Shown here in pieces: positions 56,697-64,000 of a stretch of DNA of 64,000 nucleotides. The stretch spans positions 76,756,001-76,820,000 of the forward strand of contig OX597830.1 in assembly GCA_951406725.2 (NCBI GenBank), read 5' to 3'. This stretch comes from Octopus vulgaris (lineage: Eukaryota). The position numbers and the translations under genes were made by a program. The notes beneath the pieces are model-generated. The model did no database searches and was not told where the DNA came from. It saw only the letters and a list, made by a program, of their open reading frames with translations. Position 1 is the stretch's first letter. Each line of letters begins with the position of its first letter.

Positions 56697-57131
56697 GGGA
56701 TCTTTTCGGTTTGAACGGCAGTTTTTAACATATTTCTAGGTAACTAAAAAATTTTAAACTTCGTATACTGATAGAATGTGTTTATAAAACATCTTTTTCT
56801 CTTGGCTTTATTGAGAAAATTCTATAGTTTGTAAGATATTTGTTGTTTTTTTTTCTTCAATTTCTGCAATTTCAACCAATCACTGACGTCCATTGAGGTT
56901 AAAAACATTCTGTGCCGTATGAATATAACCCTCGTTTAAGAAACAGATTGGGTTTATTTACATTTGTGAAGAAAAAAAACATACCCTTCCCCCACCCCTA
57001 ACCCTAAGCCTAACCCTAACTAACCCTAAAACAGATTGAAATGCAATAGATCGATACTAGGGTCATAATTATGGGTGACAATTTCGTATGATAACGCTAG
57101 AAAAATCTGCCGTTCAAGCCGAAAAGATCCC
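56697..57131. mobile_element. MITE, second copy of 3492-3912
   Basis: gggatcttttcggtttgaacggcag / ctgccgttcaagccgaaaagatccc. TSD atttcg. Internal ccctaa repeats. Confidence 0.9.
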
Positions 57132-57626
57132 ATTTCGGATTCTGTTTTTCAGGAGTAAAGTTGAAAAAGAAGAAATTAATGAGAGACAGTAGAATTTGCA
57201 GCCTCTTTGAATCACAGCTTACTGTCTACAAAATAAAGGGTTAACCTGTGGTTAAACAACAACAATAACATAAAAAATAACCCACCGCCACCACCACTGT
57301 AACAACAACGAAAGCCTTGTGGACGCTCATTGCCCTAAACAATGGCTCAGATTCTGTTGGCCGTATCAACCAAGCATTGAGTCCCCTTATACGAAATTTT
57401 CATGAACCTCTCATAATATATACAACCGCCTCACATTCTTTTGTTTCATTGTCCCACATACCTGTAATGGTCTCTTTTCTTCTTTTTTTTTGAGGGGACA
57501 AACAAGGACATACAAAGAGATTAAGTAGATTGCATCGAAATATATGCTGTGTTTATTAGGTAATATTTACCTCTCAAGAGATGTAGTACTTCCTTTTGTT
57601 GATCTTACCTTCATAGAACAACATAC

Positions 57627-57669
<43 letters not shown>

Positions 57670-58114
57670 TCTTTGTGTGTGTGTGTGTGTACGCATGTAT
57701 ATCTTGAATTACAAGTATGAGCACACGAACATGCTTTAAAAATTCATCTAACGTAATTTGAGGCGTACTACGATAATGCAGAAATATAACTACGAAACAT
57801 AGTTGTATCTCTTTCTTTTATATCTTTCAACCCAAAGGCTGTGGCCATGCTGGAGAGCCACCAGCGTGTGAATGTATCATGTTTGCATAAACATTTGGGA
57901 GTACACGAACACACATATGCATGCATATGTGCGTACATACTACTTATAAAGATGTATTTTTGAAGCCAACAAGTTTTGCTTCGTAATCAAAGGAGTTTGG
58001 AATTCAATCATAATACGCAACATATCGGGTTTATTGTTTACGACAAAAACGCAATGTTTACTTCGTATATGAACAGGAATCAGATGCGACGTGTGTGTAT
58101 ATATGTACACACAC

Positions 58115-58217
<103 letters not shown>

Positions 58218-58265
58218 AATCATAGACATGTGTTTGTATGTAGATATCTCTCTCTTTCTCTATTG

Positions 58266-58307
<42 letters not shown>

Positions 58308-58308
58308 G

Positions 58309-58396
<88 letters not shown>

Positions 58397-58553
58397 TATA
58401 TGTACACACACACATGTAACATCTCTTTCTCTATATGTATATAGGTAACTAGAGTTATTCGCGTACATATATGCATGTATCATATATGTGTGTGAGTATA
58501 CACATACGCAAATACACACGCATGTCTACACTGTCACAAACAGACACACTAAA

Positions 58554-58594
<41 letters not shown>

Positions 58595-58974
58595 CGCATT
58601 CACATAGACACATATATACACGCACATATGTACACACGCACATATATACACGCATACACATACATAAATCTACATGTACGTATATACATATGCACACACT
58701 TACACTCTCTCTCTCTCTCTCACACACACATATATACCTATATATATCCATATCTACACACACACATTGCCTCGCGAAAAATTCACGAAGCATCTACTAA
58801 CATCTGCTTTTACAGATCTGACTGTCTCGCACATGGAGACTGTTGGATCAAACTACATAGTCTCTATGTCGTTTAGTATATCACTTAAGGTAGCAAGCAG
58901 ACCATGTAAAGAAACTCAGTACAGCTCCACATAATCAACACCCGATACTATAACATACCATTATTCACATCACA

Positions 58975-60690
58975 AGGCGGCGAGTTGGCAGAACCGTTAG
59001 AACGCCGGGCGAAATGCTTAGCGGTACGAGGGGCGTTCAATAAGTAATGCCCCTGACCCACTTCCCATAGCAGTAGAGCAACGAAACTTGGCACAGTTAT
59101 TAGTCTTTTTCTACATAGGAACCACCTAGAGTTACGCATTTCTCCCATCGTTTGATGCAGCGCTGGAGACTATTTTTGTAGAAGACCCCAGCTTGGTCCT
59201 CCCACCACGACGTGACTTTAGAAATCAAGGCTGCATCATCTGTGAAATGCTTTCCTTTCAAAAAAAACTTCATGGCTGGGAAGAGGTGAAAATCAGAGGG
59301 TGTAAGGTCAGGAGCGTAGGGGAGATGGAGGAGGAGTTCATAGCAGCACGCCTGTGCTTCTGATCTGGCGACACGCGAGTTGTGAACCGGAGCGTTGTCC
59401 TGCAGGAGGAGGATGCCTTTGCTGATCTTGCCCCACCTCTTGATTTTGATAGCTTCTCTTAATTTCCTCAAAAGTGAAGCATAATAGGCTCCTGTAATTG
59501 TGGTACCCTTTGCCAGGAAATCTGTCATCACTACTCCGTCCTGGTCCCAGAAGACTGTGAGCATGACCTTGCCAACGGAGGGCTGCACCCTTGCCTTCTT
59601 TGGAGGAGGTGAGTCACGGTGCTTCCACTGCATTGACTGGGCTTTGGTCTCTGAATCATAGTGATGGACTCAGGTTTCATCCTGTGTAATCAGTCTTTTG
59701 AACAATTTTGACTCATCTTCTTGGCACATCTCCAAATTCATCCTCGAGCACTCGACTCGTTCTTGCTTCTGGAAAGGTGTGAGCAACCTGGGAATCCATC
59801 TGGCAGACACCTTTTGCATATGCAAATGGTCATGAATTATAGTTTCCACAGACCCAGTACTAATCTTGACCTCATGGGCTATTTGGCGAATAGTTATGCA
59901 TCGATCTTCCAAAATGGCAGCCTCAACTTGACGGACAGATGCCTCATCAATGGCAGAAGGGGTGACCAGATCTGGGAGCTGTTTCCACAGAGTTCCGACC
60001 ATGTTTGAATTCACGATGCCAGCGTTTTACAAGGTCATATGATGAGGCATCATCACCATAAGTTACTTTCATTTCATCAAAAGTCTCCTGTGGTGTGCGT
60101 CCTTTCAAATACAAAAACCGGATCACTGCTCGACACTCAACAGGCTCCATTTCACACTTGACTCAGTTCAAACACCTGTAAATCAGAAACCACAATAATC
60201 TCAGAGCTGTAATTTGCCACTTACTCTATAGAGATATCAATAATTGCACATGCAAATTTTCAGCTAGATCAAACAACTGTAAGTGCGTCAGAGACATTAC
60301 TTATTGAACGTCCCTCGTATTTCGTCTGCCGCTACGTTCTGAGTTCAAATTCCGCCGAGGTTGACTTTGCCTTTCATCACTTCGGGGTCGATTAAATAAG
60401 TACCAGTTACGAACTGGGGTCGATATAATTGACTTAATCTGTTTGTCCGTCCTTGTTTGTCCTCTCTGTGTTTAGCCACTTGTGGTGGGTAGTAAAGAAA
60501 TAGGTATTTCGTCTGTCGTTATGTTCCGAGTTCAAATTCCGCCGAGGTCGAATTTGCCTTTCATCACTTCGGGGTCGATTAAATAAGTACCATTAACGCA
60601 CTGGGGTCAATATAATCGACTTAATCCATTTGTCTGTCCTTGTTTGTCCCCTCTATTTTTAGCCCATTGTGGGCAATAAAGAAATAAGAA
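58975..60690 (+). mobile_element. SINE family A (with duplicated 3' part) split by a mariner insertion
   Basis: aggcggcgagttggcagaa..gcttagcggTA, then the mariner, then TAtttcgtctgccgctacgttctgagttcaaattcc continues the SINE. Confidence 0.88.
59027..60317 (-). mobile_element. Full-length mariner (irritans/Himar1-like); transposase pseudogene 60150-59100
   Basis: TIRs cgaggggcgttcaataagtaatg / cattacttattgaacgtccctcg with TA TSD. MEPVECRAVIRFL, RSG, ARWIPRLL, QDET*, QDNA, PYAPDLTPSDF. One frameshift and one stop. Confidence 0.95.
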
Positions 60691-61101
60691 ATAACAGCCA
60701 AATTACTACTCCACAAGCCATACCTGGCTGCAAGAAAGACTTCCAGAAAAATACTTCCAACCGACGAGAGAGGTTCGAAGTGGTCGGTCGATTTGTTAGA
60801 AAAAGCAGCTAATTCCATTTATAAACTACACTACAAAGTTCCAAAAAGTTACGGTCAGGCTACAAATATTAACCAAATCTCTTCTCAACATTCCGTTGTC
60901 TTAGAAATGACCACGTTGGATAATGTAGAGCTACGTTATTTTTTCAACAAAGTAATAAAATGGGATGATCACGGCTGGAATGGTCTTCATCATAGGTCTG
61001 TCGTCAGAGTTGACTTAGAATTAAACAGAAACAATTACAACAACAGAAACAACAACGAGCCAAATCTATCCTCGTTCCACCCATCACCATTTTAAAAAGT
61101 A

Positions 61102-61667
61102 TTGGGTTGTCCGGAAAGTTCGTGCCGATTTTTAATGGAAAGAAAACGTTCAATTAATACTTGCCATTACATTTTTAATCAACCAAATATGAACCATTTT
61201 GTTGCACAATGCGTCTCCATCTTTTCTGTAACTTGAAAATACCCTCTTCCCAGAATTAAGGTGGTTTCATGGCAAAGAATTCATCAAGGTATCTTTTTAC
61301 GTCATCCAAGGAATTGAAATTTTTACCATTAAGACTATCCTGCAGAGACCTCAATAAGTGGAAATCCGAAGGAGCAATATCTGGTGAATATGGAGGGTGG
61401 GGTAACACATCCCAGCCGAGCTGCAGCAATTATTGTCTGGTTCCCAAAGCATCAAATGCCGAAAATGAACTTTCTTATCTTTCATTTTAAAGGGTTACAG
61501 AATTAATACCGGTTATAGGAACATAAACCTTCTTCCAAGAAAAGATAGCTTAAACTGTGCTCTAAATGGAGGTGTAGTCAAATCATATTTTATGGACTCA
61601 ACCAATTTCTAAAATAAATCGAAAGGTAAGCTGCTATAAATCGGCACGAACTTTCCCGGCAACCCAA
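61102..61667 (-). mobile_element. Internally deleted mariner (mellifera-like)
   Basis: TIRs ttgggttgtccggaaagttcgtgccgattt / aaatcggcacgaactttcccggcaacccaa with TA TSD. Minus frame LGWDVLPHPPYSPDIAPSDFHL. Confidence 0.92.
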
Positions 61668-61751
61668 TACAATAGCAGCAAAATTTCTCTAAAATCATAC
61701 ACACAATAGTCATAAAAGGACACATTAAATAGTGTAGTCCAAGGTCACTAT

Positions 61752-62139
61752 GGATGGAAGCACTCCGTCGGTTACGACGACGAGGGTTCCGGTTGATCCG
61801 AATCAATGGAACAGCCTGCTCGTGAAATTAACGTGTAAGTGGCTGAGCACTCCACAGACACGTGTACCCTTAATGTAGTTCTCGGGGATATTCAGCGTGA
61901 CACAGAGAGTGACAAGGCCGGCCCTTTGAAATACAAGGTACAACAGAAACAGGCAGTAAGAGTGAGAGAAAGTTGTGGTGAAAGAGTACAGCAGGGATCA
62001 CCACCATCCCTGCCGGAGCCTCGTGGAGCTTTAGGTGTTTTCGCTCAATAAACACTCACAACGCCCGGTCTGGGAATCGAAACCGCGATCCTATGACCGC
62101 GAGACCGCTGCCCTAACCACTGGGCCATTGCGCCTCCAC
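61752..62139 (-). mobile_element. SINE family C (tail type 2), full length
   Basis: tRNA-like head at the right end. TSD tccaaggtcactat. Confidence 0.9.
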
Positions 62140-62706
62140 TCCAAGGTCACTATACCCAAATGACGAGAAATATAATAGAAGACGGTTGGACAAGGCTGTA
62201 ATACTTTTGATCATAGGTCTAATGAAGTAGGTTTGACCAGGTGTTAATTAGCAGCAACAGAAAATGAACCAGCAGCAGTGTTAGATGATATCCGCTATGA
62301 GGTCGCTCCACCTGCAAGACATAGCAGCTAAATCACTTCTTAATTTATATATATATATATTACAGTCGTAAGAAATGTTTATCAAGGACTGACTGTTTGG
62401 TCAAAGGTGGACCGGCACCAGCTAGAAATAATAGCCAAATCTATTTAATCACATACTACTTTCTTTAAAAATAGAATGGCTGCATAAGATAACGCCGTCC
62501 TAGATAGCTGTTCACTTAAGAAATAGAAAAAAAAGAAAGAAATGTCACGGACACGAGAGGTTTGGAGCTTATTTGCTGTAAATCAAAAAGAACAACAAGA
62601 ACGAGCAAGCAAAGGGACTTCTATGCGGTCTATAGTCTTCATAAAATAGCAGCCAAATTCCTAAAAATCACACCCAACTGTCTTAAAAGAAGACAGACAC
62701 ATTGAC

Positions 62707-62769
<63 letters not shown>

Positions 62770-62770
<1 letters not shown>

Positions 62771-63130
62771 TAGTAGAACAAATCGACCCCAGAATTGTTT
62801 TAAGCCTGGTACTTATTCTGTCGGTCTTTTGCTAAACCACTAGGTTACGGGGACATAAATACACCAACACCAGTTGTCACACACACACACACACGCACGC
62901 ATATCCCCGCCCATGTGTGTGTGTTTGTGTACGTGTATGCGTGTGTGTGTGTGCGTGTGTGTGTTTGTGTGTATGTATGTATGTATATATACGCCGTGCT
63001 TCTTTCAGTTCCTATCTACTAAATCCAGTCACAAGGCTTTGGTCGGCCCGAAGCTATAGTAGAAAACATTTCCCCAAGGTGCCATACAGTAGAACTTGAA
63101 CCCAGAAAACCGTGACTGAAAAGTTTCTTT
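62770..63130 (-). mobile_element. Decayed SINE family B
   Basis: aaatcgacccc..acttattct.tcggtc..aggctttggtcggcccgaagctatagtagaa. Confidence 0.75.
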
Positions 63131-63257
63131 ATTTCATAAATTGGCTCTGGAAGCCGTTCATAGATGGGACAAACAAACACAGACAAACATAGAGGGTGAA
63201 AAAGTTGCGTATTACGAATTGAAAAGTTTCGAATGATAAAATATAAATGCCATTATT

Positions 63258-63665
63258 CTTTTACTCTTTTAGTTGTTTCAGCCATTTGACTGTGGCCATG
63301 CTGGAGCACCGCCTTTAGTCGAGCAAATCGACCCCGGGACTTATTCTTTGTAAGCCCAGTACTTATTCTATCGGTCTCTTTTGCCGAACCGCTAAGTGAC
63401 GGGGACATAAACACACCAGCATCAGTTGTCAAGCAATGCTAGGGGAACAAACACAGACACACAAACATACACGCACACATATATACATATATATACATAT
63501 ATACGACGGGCTTCTTCCAGTTTCCGTCTACCAAATCCACTCACAAGGCTTTGGTCGGCCCGAGGCTATAGTAGAAAAAACTTGCCCAAGCTGCCACGCA
63601 GTGGGACTGAACCCGGACCATGAGGTTGGTAAGCAAGCTACTTACCACACAGCCACTCCTGTGCC
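63258..63665 (-). mobile_element. SINE family B, full length
   Basis: Reverse complement of the 15094-15554 family. Confidence 0.9.
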
Positions 63666-64000
63666 ATGCTGTTAAAAATTATATATATATTTTTTCTTTT
63701 AAAAGTTTCAATATAAATTTGATGATCAATGCAAATTTTGCAATGTGTGACTGAAGGAAAGGCATCCAACCGCCAAGTTCGAGCCTTTACTTTCCTTCTG
63801 GCCCCACTTACCTGGTTCCAGTCACTCTCAGCTTGTTCACTACTTGCTTCCATCTTTTTGCGAACATATCCTGTGACAGGTATCTCTTCTCCAGTCTGAC
63901 CTTGCTATCAGGGGGTAACTAAAGAAGTTAACAAAACCCTGGCCGGAGACGAAGGTACCTGTCACTATTCCTCCTACACGCGTCTTCCATACTGTTTCTT

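Noticed and set aside
63638-64000. Possible minus-strand exon (CAG/GTAAGT donor at ~63812) or LINE ORF1 start
   Set aside because: A single splice-like motif at the window edge with no recognisable homology.

Overview
AT-rich, microsatellite-dense eukaryotic DNA with no host protein-coding gene that I can support. The tRNA-derived SINE families and the (TA)n/(CATA)n/(TAGA)n load resemble an octopus genome (inference). Nearly all ORFs in the track are translated microsatellites. Real coding remnants are a young Penelope-like element (PLE; RT plus GIY-YIG) present as a long inverted duplication, an older decayed PLE, three mariner copies, and 3' fragments of CR1/L2-, R4/Dong-(RLE) and RTE-type LINEs. 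The main signal, invisible in the ORF track, is about 20 minimal type I hammerhead ribozyme (HHR) motifs that I read by eye on both strands. They sit in two non-coding tandem arrays (352-bp and ~537-bp units, one HHR per unit, retrozyme-like), in three adjacent PLE-type palindromes, and in a dispersed ~200-bp family. Several carry non-canonical cores (U3-A8 swap, U4C, A6U). Most of these elements lie in or beside (TA)n tracts. Coordinates were counted by hand and may be off by a few bases, and no ribozyme activity has been tested.
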